This document shows, piece after piece, positions 49,201 to 61,938 of a stretch of 64,000 nt of DNA (its first letter is position 1; the number at the start of each line of letters is the position of its first letter). Source of the stretch: Ylistrum balloti (Eukaryota); NCBI RefSeq assembly GCF_031769215.1, contig NW_026782953.1, forward strand, positions 62,001-126,000. The letters run 5' to 3'. The notes beneath the pieces were generated by a model, which had not been told where the DNA came from, made no database searches, and saw nothing but the letters and a program-made list of their open reading frames with translations. The translations under genes and the position numbers were made by a program.

Positions 49201-52200
49201 AAATCAGCCCAAAAAATAACAACACTTGGTCAGTACCATCTCAGGTAAGTTTCAACTAAATCCCACTGTTAGAACTTGAGAAGAAGAGAACAAACAAAAC
49301 ACCATTGCTATTAACTTAATATTTTCTATTGTATTGTCATCTACGGGTTTGGTTAACATACTTTGTGTTATCTTGTCTTTTAACAATTATCTCCATATCT
49401 AAAACCTGCTGACTGTAACAAAAGTATTTTATCTGTCTTGATATATTACCTGTGGCCTGACTGTTGGCATACCACTTGGAAGGGGTATCATGCCTGGCAC
49501 TGAGGGTACACCCTGACTTGACTGTAACTGTTGGGGCATGCCTGCCATGGTCATCTGTGGTGGCATTCCAGGCATCTGTCCAGGAAGTCCACCCTGTACC
49601 ATCATGTGCTGCATCACTCCCATGTGTTGCATCACAGAGGTAGGGGGCAACATACCTGTAACATCACATCAATAGTAACCCAGTAAATCTGGTTGCCTGA
49701 AACTTGACATCTGTTTAAATCACAAGGCAAGTACAATATTTAACTTTAAATATTGTTTTAACATCTTAATTGCTTGTCTATGTTTTCATTTCAATTAAAA
49801 AATGCACATGTGATCTAGACAATAATCTCTCATGTATTACATTGCCAATATCATTTTCAGCAAAATTCAGACTAGAACTTGAATTCTAAAATAGAATTTT
49901 GTAGATGGAAGAAGACTGTTTCAGCTGTATTGTATTTCAGCTAAGAATATTAAATCACCTGGAGGATAAACTTGGCATGATTTTCAACCAGCATTACAGT
50001 AACAAAAGAAAATCGAACTTGAATTTTAAATAGATCTTCATTCTCACCTAGTTGTCTGCCTGGTACAACTTATTCCAAAATATTTTATTTTTATGAATAT
50101 AAACAGTTGAAACTAGTCTCGAAACCACTTGAGTAGAAACAATTTCTTAGTCCTAATTTTTTCTCCTTCTATATCTTCTATAATTTTAGTTTGGATGAGT
50201 CAAAGTGATTTTTCAGTCACTTCTACTGTAAAGCCAGGGAAAAGTGATTTGTTGTCTCAAAATTGTTTTATGTCAGAATAGTCAAAATATTTTCCATGGT
50301 CCCTTGAATTCTGAGATAATGAGTTTCAACTATACATATAACTGCATTATTCATTCAACATATGCCAAGTTTGTTTTAAAACTTACCTGGGACTGGTGGT
50401 GGGAACTGGCCTCCAGGAGGCCCACTGGTTGGGGGTCCTGGTAGCCCCATAGGAGGTGGTGGTCCCTGGTTGTTGGGTAGGGGAGGATGTGGCGGGGGAG
50501 CCTGCTGGCTCTGTTCCTCAGCAACATCTGGCTTCTCCCTCCCAATCAGAGAACCTATATTAAAAATCAAAATACCTCATGAATAAATTGATGAAAGGAA
50601 ATATATCCCTTCTCAGGAACATTTTTCAATTTACTAACAACAGATGTTTCGTTTTCCTTCTGAATTTAAAATTTTAACAATTTATAACAAGGGTCATCAG
50701 CATTATTTTTCCAACTTACATTAAATTCCAACTTCTGTTTAAAACATTTTTGAATTTTTTAAAATTATCTATATCAATATAGATTGTCACTAAATTTGTT
50801 ATACCATCACTTAATAATGATCATATGGATTCGCTAATAATACAAGGATTCCTGCAATGTGAAGCTGTTGATTGTATAGTGAATATGAACTAGTCTTGCT
50901 CTGCAAATTTTGAATATGTGCCATCAAATTTCCTCTTTCACACTCCATGGAGAAAATTCATCACCTATCCATGATGAGACAATCTATATATACCTTTGAG
51001 ATGTTCTGGCAATGTTTCTTCATCAATGATTCCTCCCTCGATTAAGTTACTGAGATCATCTGGAAGTTTGCTCCAAGGGATGTAGGTTGTTCCTGCATCC
51101 ACATCCCATTTATCCCTAAACTCAGATTCTTTTACACCTATACCAGGGGCCCAAGCAACCTTGAAACAAACCACAAGATTGTAAGCAAACAAAGCATTTG
51201 CACTTCATCTAATATAAACAAATAAAGAGCAATTATTCAGTATTCTAACATGCATTTATTTTCATGAAATCAACAAAAAAAATCATGGTTAGCAAAAGGT
51301 TTGCAATTATGGCAACCAATCTCTTTATCCGTGATCAGTAAAATAAACCATCACTGTACACCCAGTTACTTTTGAGGATCAAAATTTCCGTAAATTTCAA
51401 AATGAAATTTTTGCATCTAGATTTAAAATGATACGTAATTTTTTCCAAATACTGCTCCCGATATCAACTTTCAAATACATGATTGTTGATTTATTAGACA
51501 AACAGTATCACAATTTTTAATAATGCCAATGACTAACAGTGTAAACACAAATATTCTGTACTAGGTAAAGAATCTAGTATCATGTTTATGCCTAGCAAAA
51601 GTGAAAAATATCATTCCCACAAAAATAATCATTGATAAGGTATCTAGAAATTTCACTTATTTTCTCCTGCAACAAGGATTATGCATACAATACTTACTCT
51701 CAGATCAGATCCATTGAGCTTGTATCCCTTTAGTCTGTCTAATGCTTTGTTTGCATCTTTCCTCCTCGACATACACACAAATGCACACCCTCGTGGAGGT
51801 ATAATCTGGAAAATTCAACAATAAAAACAAAATGAGAACAAGCTTACTACATATAACCCCATCTAGCATTGTTTTCTTCTGGTCAAAATCTATGACCTTG
51901 ATTGAAGTCAAACAGAATCTGAAGGTTACAAAAACTGAAATGCCATTCTTCATTCCTTCATGTTAACTAGTATCACTGTTTGACAGTTTTTTGAAAAACA
52001 ATGTTAACCAAATACCTAAAGAAAATAAGTTGCTTGAGTGATATTGTTCAAAGTTTGATCATTTTCTATTGAATATAGGGGTTTGTATTGCCTTGGCAGT
52101 ACTGATACAATCTGTATCAAGATACAATACCTATCATGATAGATGAAATAGGAAATAAGAATAAAAAGTTACTGGGTAAATTACTCAAAGCTACTGTACA

Positions 52201-55200
52201 AGTAGGAACATCTTTTACACATTTCTGCTACACACATGTATATGCCCTACATAGCAAGCCCGCAAATGACTTTACACATGCATTCTATCTGTGATAAGAT
52301 GTAAAGAAAAGTGTGCAGCACATGCTACATCAAACTTTACCTGTAAACAGACCTACTACACCAGCACAATTTAGCAGTAGTCTCTCAAACTGTTACTTTT
52401 GATATACCTGACAACCCAATCTGAAAATTTTGTGTTCTGTTAAATCCCCCTTCAAAAAATAATTAAGGCCCTAGAAAGGAATATAGTGTGCAAAATGTCT
52501 TCATCAATAGGCAAGTTGTGTTTGAACATTTCTTAATGGTATTAAGTGCATTCTAGCTTGAAATGTAAATAAATTTTCTTTTTCAATATTCAATAATTTT
52601 GTAAGTTAGTATTTATTTCTCTTTTTAACTCTCCCTCTAGGAATTCCCTTTATGAGAATTGCATCCTTAAACTTTCCGACATGGAGTTACTTACATGCAG
52701 TGTTTCCACAGTTCCGTATTTATCAAGTTCCTCTCGTAATTCTTCTTCAGTTGTACTTTTGGCCAAGTGTCCAATGAAAAGTGTTGTGGTACAGACTAAA
52801 ACAAAGACATGGATAAATCAAATCTACTTTTCCATAAATAATCTATAATGAAATTTTCTATTTGAATCAGAAACAAAGAGAAATGTCAATACCATAATAA
52901 TCCATCACTTTCTGTAATTAAATTCACTGAACATTAAAGATGACCACTTACTGCTGAGACATTCCTCTCTGATTGCTGGTAAACCTTTCTTCCTTCTTTC
53001 TCTTTCACGTTCCCTCTGCTTCTCCCTTTCCCTGTCGCGGGACCTAAAATATATATGTTTATGCAACAACTTTTTATATCCATGTTAAACATCAACTCCA
53101 CCATGGTCTCACAGGTTTTGTGTTAGAGAACCTCTCATAGAATCTAATTGATCATTTGCACAGAAGTAATTGGCAGGAGACTTAGCAATGGTTAGAAGTG
53201 ATTAATTTTGAGTTCTAGGGCCAAGCAGATGTTTTACTGGTACTGCCTTAGACATGACCAACTAGAATAAAGAAGTAACAGCAGTACTGTGACAGTGGCA
53301 TTTTATAGAAATCATATGAAAAAAAGAGATGACAATGGCAAATCTTATCATTTAAAAGTATTACATGTTACTGTCTCACTTGTCCGTCATTGTAAGTATG
53401 GTATTTTTATGCAAAGTACACTTAAAGTCTGTTTTATTCCCCACAAAAACTGAATTTTCATGTTAATTTCAATCAATAGCATGTAAGCACCATTAATATG
53501 TAGTCAGGTTTAAATATAGCTGCTCTGTATAACGGGACATGTTAAAGATATTTGGTTGGTTCAGATGTCTTATTTAATGTCACTATATTCCAGGTTTTAT
53601 TTGAAAAGCAGTTGTATCTAATGAGAATCTGAACATAATGCAAGACTTTAAAGTCTAATTTCTCAGCATGCCTTATTTTCAGAGTTGGATGATATTTTGT
53701 ATATGATAAGTATGCCAACTATATAATCTAATTGTATACCAAGTCTTGTTGACTGTGGACATATACTTTTTGAGTAACTGATCAAAAGAGACCCCTTTTA
53801 AAGTCAGCAGACACCACATAATAACCATAATCTCTGCAAAAAAGTCTAACATCAGGACTGGTGTATGTGCCATCATTCTTATAGCTGTGTTAATAAGTGC
53901 ATATATATTCAGATGTTGCTGACAATTAAAAAATTAAATATAATATTTCTTTATATCATTACCACTTTGATCTAAGCTGTTTAGTAACTGACCTTGACCT
54001 GCGATGCCTGTCTCGTGACCGTGATCGTCTGCGTCTGTCTCTAGATCGTGACCTTGTGCGCCTCCTTCTTTTAGGTGTTCTGAAAAATGAAAGATAACCA
54101 AACATGAAGCAATAGATAAATATTTTCGATCAAAGACATAAATTGATAATCAGGGCTTCCAGTGAAATGAATTTACACTTTTAAACAAGAGTTACATGGA
54201 GAACTTTTCTAACAAATTCAGAAGTAACCAGTAATATTTTGGCACCCATCAGAATTCAATGAAGTAGCTAGAAGTTAGTTGTAGTATGGTAATATGCCAT
54301 TCTTTTGTTACAGGTCTCCTGTATGTTGTTCAGTGAGGCAGCCACTAGCAACTACAAGGAGACCCAGTCTCAATATAATCCTGGCAGTTCATGAGGGTAT
54401 ACATTCAGCTAACAAACCATTTCAATAATAGGTAACCACAGACATTATTTAATGTTTAAAACTGCAATGGTTTCTGGAAAACAGAAATGAAATATCAGTT
54501 ATATTATGCGGATATAACTGGTGATATAAACATATTAAACTGATGCTTACCTAGAACGAGATCGATCTCTTGAAGATTGCTTTGATCTGCGATGTTTACG
54601 GTCCCGATCTCTATCGTCTCTGTGACGCTCCTCTTCCATGGGCTCCTGAGCTCGTTCATCTATGTCATGATAATCCTCTGGAGGTGGCTGATGATCAGGC
54701 ATCATTGGATACCCTGGCTGCATTGGAGGAGGGGGATGTGGTTCAGGGGGCATGAGGGAGGGCATCTGTGACATTGGAGGCTGGAAAAAACAAAAGAAAT
54801 ATTTTTAAAATTTTCTTTCAATGTCTAATTTTGAGAAATCCCTCACAACACATTTTCACCTTTTTATTTCTTGAACTAACGTTATTTTGTATGACACTTT
54901 TCCTGTGAACAAGAGTATCAGTGAAACCAGTGAATGCTCAACAGCTTCATCGGGCACAAAATCATAAGTAAGGGCTTTAACTCTGTAATTAAGGGGTTTC
55001 TGTTTTGAATTTGATATATCAGATTTCTCACCTGTCTAATTTGCTGGTCGAATTCAGCTTGTTGTTGTAAAAGCTTCTGCATGCTCAATTCATTTTGTAT
55101 CTGCTCGGTCTTCTGAATAGTTTGAGACATCTGTTGTATTTGTTGCAAGAAAGCTGGATCATTTAAAAGATTTGGCACTCTAAAAATATGAAACAACACA

Positions 55201-58200
55201 CTTTAATGAAATAATTGTAAAAAATATAAAAGTTTTTTTCAGCAACTCTTTTAGATCAAGTCAAAGATATATCATTTCTGAAAGACACTTAAAAGGAATA
55301 CAAATGATTTTTTTATTACTGTTCTAATCCTCACTTAACGATACACTATGATCATGCCACAATGCTGCAATATGATATCATAATCTTGAACATTATTTTA
55401 TTGAATTCAAATTACAAAAAAAAAAAAAGAAAGTAAAAACAAGCGACTTCACTATAATTTGCTAAAAAAGCAAACAACAAATCTTATCTTCAGTCTACAT
55501 GGTCTTCTGCTTTACTTTCCTTGACATTAAATCTAAACCGTAATAATTCTCTGTATACTTACCCGCCACCCCCTCCTCCACCGGGCATCCCATGCTCGTC
55601 TTCATCATCACTTTCACCATAGTCAAAATCTAGTAATTTCTGAAGGAGAAAATACAATGAAATACTGAAAAACACATACATTAAGACTGAAAGTATTACT
55701 ATTTTTCAGTTGAAATCTACGTTTGGAATATGATTGTACCTTCAGTGCTCCCCATTGCCTCTAAGTGTGGTTAAAAAAACCCTCAAAATGATGAAGTTCA
55801 AGACTTGTGCTTTAATTTTCAAGGATTTATCTATATGAGCACATTGCTAAGAATATTTAGCCCCAATTCAAAATACAAGGAGGAAACTGACCTTATTAAA
55901 GCCTCCCTCAGTGGACTTGTCAGTCTTGTTGAGAAGCTGGTTTGTAAGAGTCTGTATATGGGAGAGAAGATTACTATCAATAGCATGAGATGAGCCTTGT
56001 TGAGAAGGTGCCTGTTGCATTAATTGTGTTTGTTGTATCAGCTGTTGCTGAAGTAACTGAAGCTGTTGTAACTGTTGTTGTTGGGCACTGAGACTTGTGG
56101 CTCCCTGAGAACATAAAAAACACACATCATATTTAAAGAGTGTTCTTCAAATACCATCAAAAACAGGTATTATATAAACACACATATAATACATGTACTC
56201 CAAGGACCAGGACTGCTACATATGAATCTTTCATTTAACATTTCTTAATAAAATATATATAAATTATAGTTTTGTAGTTTTCTGGATTTAATTTCATATT
56301 TGCTTTCTGAAGGCAATATTTTTTTCATTACAGTGAATTTTTAATCATTGAGGAAAAAAAAATCATAGAATTTTATTGTATCTTTATCTTTCACGAATAT
56401 ATTCTTAAGATAACTTTTATAGTCGTTGAGATATGATATATAATTCATACCGAGTCATACCCTACCGTTTGGGTCTGCTGAAGGAGCTGCGTGACAGTGT
56501 TGAGCATGTCATTCTGTGAAGATATTTCCATACCATCACCACTTCCTTCAGCTGCGTTGGGCTGGGGTGGTGCAGACTGACCAGCAGCACTTGGTCCAGC
56601 CTTGCTTGCCGACAGATTGTCCACAGCTCTTTGAGCTACAAAATCATAATTCATTGCTAGACTAACACTGCATTAAACATACAAAACATATTTGCATCAA
56701 AAAGTCTATGGCTCATAAAGGTCAAATAATTACAAACTTAGATAAAATGGATAGGCTGTCATTGTTACAAATGCAGGTAAATGTGATAAAACATTGTCAC
56801 AGTGACTTAATCATTAAATGAGCTTCATATCAGGTAGATTGCAGAAGTCTTTTTAGGCATATATTTTCTATTCAATAGGTAAATGAACAGATACAAAGAG
56901 TAAAGATTGTCAATGTTGGAATTAATTTCCCACTAAAACACATCAAATCAATTCAGAATAAGCCATTTCATATCTTACTTTCCAATTAAATTTATTCACA
57001 AACTAATGTAAAGCATATATTTGGTATTTTGCCGAGACATAAATGTTGTATTACCAGCAGCTACAAGATTCATGTCATTTGAGTCCACAGCTAAGTCAAG
57101 TAAGGGCTGTACTATCTCACTTTGAAAAACACCATTTTTCTGCCACAAGTTTAGCACTCTGATAACTTTACTCTGAAACAAGAGAAGATAAAATGATCAA
57201 AAGTTAAAAAATTCAATGTGTTTACAAAAAAACACAGATGAATTGCAAGTAATGATCAAGTTCCAGATATCTTTGGTTTCAAATTTCACCAATGGAATAA
57301 TATAACATACTGACAGCCAATGAATAGTCAATAAAGTTGTTAGAAATTTCCTTGGTAAGGTATTACTGAAAAACAAATGATAAAATATTCTCTACCAGTC
57401 TCATTAACAAATGTCTCTGCTGTTGCGATATATGGTATTTTTTTCATAAACAAAAATATAATTACCTTTTCCTCATTTGGACATTTAAGTAGATTTTGGA
57501 AAGTTGCGACAACATTTTTTGTGAATCTTGGTGCAAATACATCTTTATCTGATCCAAATTGGTGACGAGATTGTCGAACTATGGAGTCTATCACATATAG
57601 CCCTGGAACTTTGTACTCTGGTTTACACTGCAAAAGTGAAACATTTTATCATAGAACAAATCCTTTGGTATATCAAAATACTGACAAAGATTAAAGTAAA
57701 AACCAACAGTTCATAACATAAAAGAAATGCATACAGACAAAAACACCCACCTTTTGAATGAATTTTTCTACACTCTGCACAACATGTTTGTAGAATTTTA
57801 TTGCTTTTATTGCACCTTTGGTGACATTGGCCATTTTTGCCCGAGATATGGGCGGCCGGGTCTCGTACAATGAAGAGAGCTGCAAATAAAGAAAAAAAAA
57901 TAATGCCATGATCAAGTTAAAGTTTGTATATACAAGTAAAGATGAAAGCATATCAAACATTGGTAAGCTGATCAAAAATTTGGGTCAAGAGTACTAAAAT
58001 ATTCAGAAAGAAATGGATAAATTCATCTCTTTGACCTATTCTTAGAATTCTGAACAATGTAAAGGTGAGCATTGAACATAAAACATTAATTGAAATGATG
58101 TCAAATTAAAACTGGTGCATAAAAATTGTGACTTATGGACTTGTTATTTATATAAAAAAACATGTCAAGATATTAATTTTACAAATTGGCAAATTTCTAT

Positions 58201-60530
58201 TGATACAATGTGAACCTGTATAAATAGCTATTTCCTTCAGCTATGGTACCAGCACCAGAAGTTCAGACATTTTGATGGACTGGTGTCTGTGTGATGACTG
58301 ACTGCATCACTGTCCAATGGTCACAATAGTGTGTTATTTGATAATTTATACATATAAACTATATCTGACATTATTTATCACGGTAGTAAAAGAAAAACAA
58401 ATAAACAAAAACATGAAAAACTAGAAAGAAACTACAGGTATCTTTCACTTGTACACCAAGTAAACATTTCCTTAACATCTTGAACTGGGTGTTTGGATAG
58501 TGCTGAGGTAACACAATCGTCTTTCACTAATGTGTCATCTGCTTGACCTTGTGTATTCACTCTCATACTTTGGTTTCCCTTCCCAAATAGAATGATTGAC
58601 ATTATCTGATTGACTGGTTTAGCAAAGGTTGTAAAACTGATTCAAATTATAGCCAATGCTAATTAGAAATATTTCCACATGCTGGACAGGCAGCCTACTG
58701 ACTTCAAGTGTAGCAGAAAAAAGCCATGTAGTATGTGTTCTCTTCTCATAATTTTGATGAGAATATATGACATATATTACCACACAATGCACCATTTGCT
58801 TAGTTATCTGGACTAAAAGTTTGAGATTATGCATTCATCAATAAGTGCTTATTTCTATTAGTCAATCAATGATTTCTAGAAGCAAAGCTGAAGGAAACCA
58901 GTAACCAGATATCAAGTTCATAGTTCGGTTGGTACCTTCTGATTGTGTTATCCAGTTTAACTTTTAAACAATCCAATAATTTAAAGTCCGTCCCCTGTTC
59001 ACATATCCTTATCCATGACTCATCTTGATGTCTTTATGCATACACATGTACTTTAAATTACAACTAACTGGTTTCAGATTTTTTTTCATAAAAAAATTGT
59101 AGCAGTCAAGAAAACATTATCAATCATGTTAATCATTGTTAATATTTTCATGATTTGGCAGAATCTGCCTCAGTTGAAAACAATGTCATCTTGCTTGTTT
59201 TACATATTACTTGAAGCATGTGAGTGAGCAAGACTTTGACCTCAAATTGTAAATGCACTAGTAGAATGTCCATTAGAACTATATGGAGGATAATATGCTA
59301 TGTTAGTATGTTTGTTACACTTGTTGACATATTGCGGTTCATGTTGTAGTTTTCTGAATGTACATGGTAAACCTGAATCGAACTATGACTAGCCATATCT
59401 CTCTCAGTGTAATATATATTGCTTGTATGATCAACTAATACATAATATCTTAAGCATCCTACAGCCAGTGCTCCAGATAACTTTTTGACATGTGGGGACT
59501 ACCATATCTCTCTCAAGTGTAATATATATTGAACTTGTAAACATTTTTGACAGCGCCATATTTGCTAACTGGTTTATAATCACGATCAAGAAAGCGCTTG
59601 TTAGTTTCGTTTACTTGATAAGTGTCTGTTTGACATCCTACAGAGTCCGGATTTCGCACGGGTTAAGCTGAAAACGCATTCACGCAGGCTATCTGGAGCA
59701 CTGTACAGCTGAGTCCAATGTTAAAACCAGAGACCAGTGATGCGGTTACATTATTTGTCTGAACCAGTTATCCGGTTGGTAGTTTGCAAACTGTTCCAGC
59801 ACTAACCTAAAACTGTCTTCATATCAACATCATGTCTAGAGAAATATAAGCGTATACATCTTGCTTCTGCCAAGAGTGGTTATTCCCTTTTAATAAATAA
59901 TTTATGATGTAAACTTTATGTAAATATTTGAACATAAAATCGATAAATTCATTTTGCCTTGACACAAGTTTTTACTCGTCTAACACAACTAATCAAACAC
60001 TATACCCATCAGGTTATTGTATGTCAACATACATTTCACCGACTTTTCATGCATACTTAGTTGTTACGACTAAAAGCCAAATAATGCACCTTCTTCAACA
60101 GGTGGATTACATTTTCAGGACATTTTTTCATCCTTTATGTTTACTTATGGAAATTTCAAAATTATGAGCGTAGCAAATGTTGAATGGCAGTGAATTGAAC
60201 AACATTTCACGGAGATGACATTATTAAGTGGAGTTTTGAATCACTTCCCAGTTTGGAAGGAACCGGAATTTCTAAGAAACGGAATGGTGTATCGGAGCCA
60301 ACACGGATAAGCAAAATCCTTAAAATTCCTGAAGACCGACAATTTTTCAAAAAACCATCATCGATATACTATATACGCGACGAGACGTTCTTGAACAATG
60401 TAACCACGCTTTCATGCCGGCTTTATCAGTACTCTGTATAGGCCACATGGTAATCACTCACGAGTACAGGCGTCGAACTTGTCAGTGTCTATATATTTAC
60501 CTCATTGTTGAAGGCTCTAACGGCCTCCAT
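46298..60530 (-). CDS. SCAF4: SR-related CTD-associated factor (SCAF4/SCAF8 pro-ortholog), ~1370 aa, 17 coding exons
   Basis: complement(join(46298..48205,49450..49655,50387..50554,50994..51159,51698..51805,52695..52795,52952..53043,53993..54079,54551..54780,55032..55179,55563..55639,55892..56104,56466..56635,57055..57172,57466..57627,57751..57879,60501..60530)); 4113 nt, all in phase. CID domain MEAVRAFNNELSSLYETRPPISRAKM...YVIDSIVRQSRHQF...VIRVLNLWQKN; KKLLDFDY; RS domain; RRM TTLFIGHL...IPPRGCAFV...VAWAPGIGVK; WDVDAGTTYIPW. Confidence 0.95.
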
Positions 60531-60929
60531 GTTGTCGATGTACTTGGATCAGCACGTCTAAAACTGTTTCTGTGGGAAGGAAACAGATATTTTTAACAGA
60601 TCTTACGCAGTCATAACGCTGGCGTGGTGTCCAATATGGCGGTCACACGCCAACCCATAATTTCCAAACCCTTAACTTGTTATATGTGTTTTGATTGGAC
60701 GCTTTCGACACAATGAACCAATCACGTAGTTCCTTTCTGCGAAAAATTTGTCATCAAGTGGAAACGAAAGTAAAATCATTAGGTGTACTTGTCATCTACC
60801 AACAAATATTCTCACGTAATGCTTTTTATCTATTTGTTTTTGACTTGTGTTAAACATTTCAGTGCGCACAATATTGTAAAAGCCAACCTGTAGGTACCTA
60901 AACGAGTAGATATTCCTGCTACCTGTCAG
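60531..60929. promoter_or_regulatory. Putative bidirectional promoter of SCAF4/8 and MANEA, with a probable non-coding first exon of MANEA
   Basis: Head-to-head geometry; YY1-like CAATATGGCGG at 60632-60642; opposed CCAAT boxes (ATTGG 60694-60698, CCAAT 60718-60722); candidate donor CAG|GTATGT at 60930 and acceptor TTTTTCAG| at 61836. Confidence 0.55.
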
Positions 60930-61938
60930 GTATGTGAGGTAGCCAGAGTTTCTGAGTATAACACTTAAGCAAAGAATAGCACAGATATTAGGCTACACTG
61001 TGCTTGGTATAGTATCTTGTACTAAGGCCAGACCTTATACACAATAACTTATAGGTGTCTGTTATGGAGTCTAGCACAAATACCAAGATATTTCATACAC
61101 TATATATAGATACATGTATATGTTGAATTTGCCTTAATTCCTAAACCTAAATGCCTCTACGACATACCAAGACCTCTGTCTAGAGTGTATAGTGTGGGGC
61201 ATGGTACCTTGATATAGGTCCAGGACTAGATGTCTACTGCCTACTGTAGAATCTGGTCCAAACAACAGACTGCCACACATATATTAGGGAATATTGATGC
61301 CCCCAAAATAAATATATTGATCGACTTTCAAACATTTGACAGATGGATGTCTTGTGTATATTTCTAAATGTGAATGTAAGATATATGCTCTAACTGAATG
61401 AATTCAACCCAGGTGTATGAAATTGTTTCAACTAAAGTGTTCATGGCCATGTTTATACAAATGTAATTCATCCTACAAAAGCTTTTTTTTCTGTTAAAAA
61501 AACATACGCTTTTCAATTTAGTATTTTTAGCACCTTTCTCATTTGTTTAAAACAATAGATTTTATATAGAATGAAGCAGTGCCCTGTTTATTATCAAATA
61601 TAGTTTACCTTTGAATTTTAATGCCTATTTTATTTTCTTGTGTATTATTTCATTTAACTTTTTTCTTGGTAGGTTGTTACTTTTCTTCCTGTTATCAGAA
61701 TATTCAGACTTTTCAGCTGTTGATCTACCATTTGGATATGGATAATTTCTTACTAAAAAAGATATTGCAGTTTTACTTTTTGTTAGTACTGACGCAATTA
61801 TATATACACATCTGAAGTTGTTTGTATTTTTTTCAGGAGCACACCTGACTTCATACACCAGTAAAAGGAAAATATTAGAACTGCATTAATTGAAATTAGA
61901 TAAATTTATCAAATACTGTTTGCAAATTTATATACAAC

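Noticed and set aside
58289-58370. C/D-box snoRNA-like GTGATGA...CTGA
   Set aside because: Antisense to the host intron, no terminal stem, and an AT-rich guide region with no evident rRNA complement.
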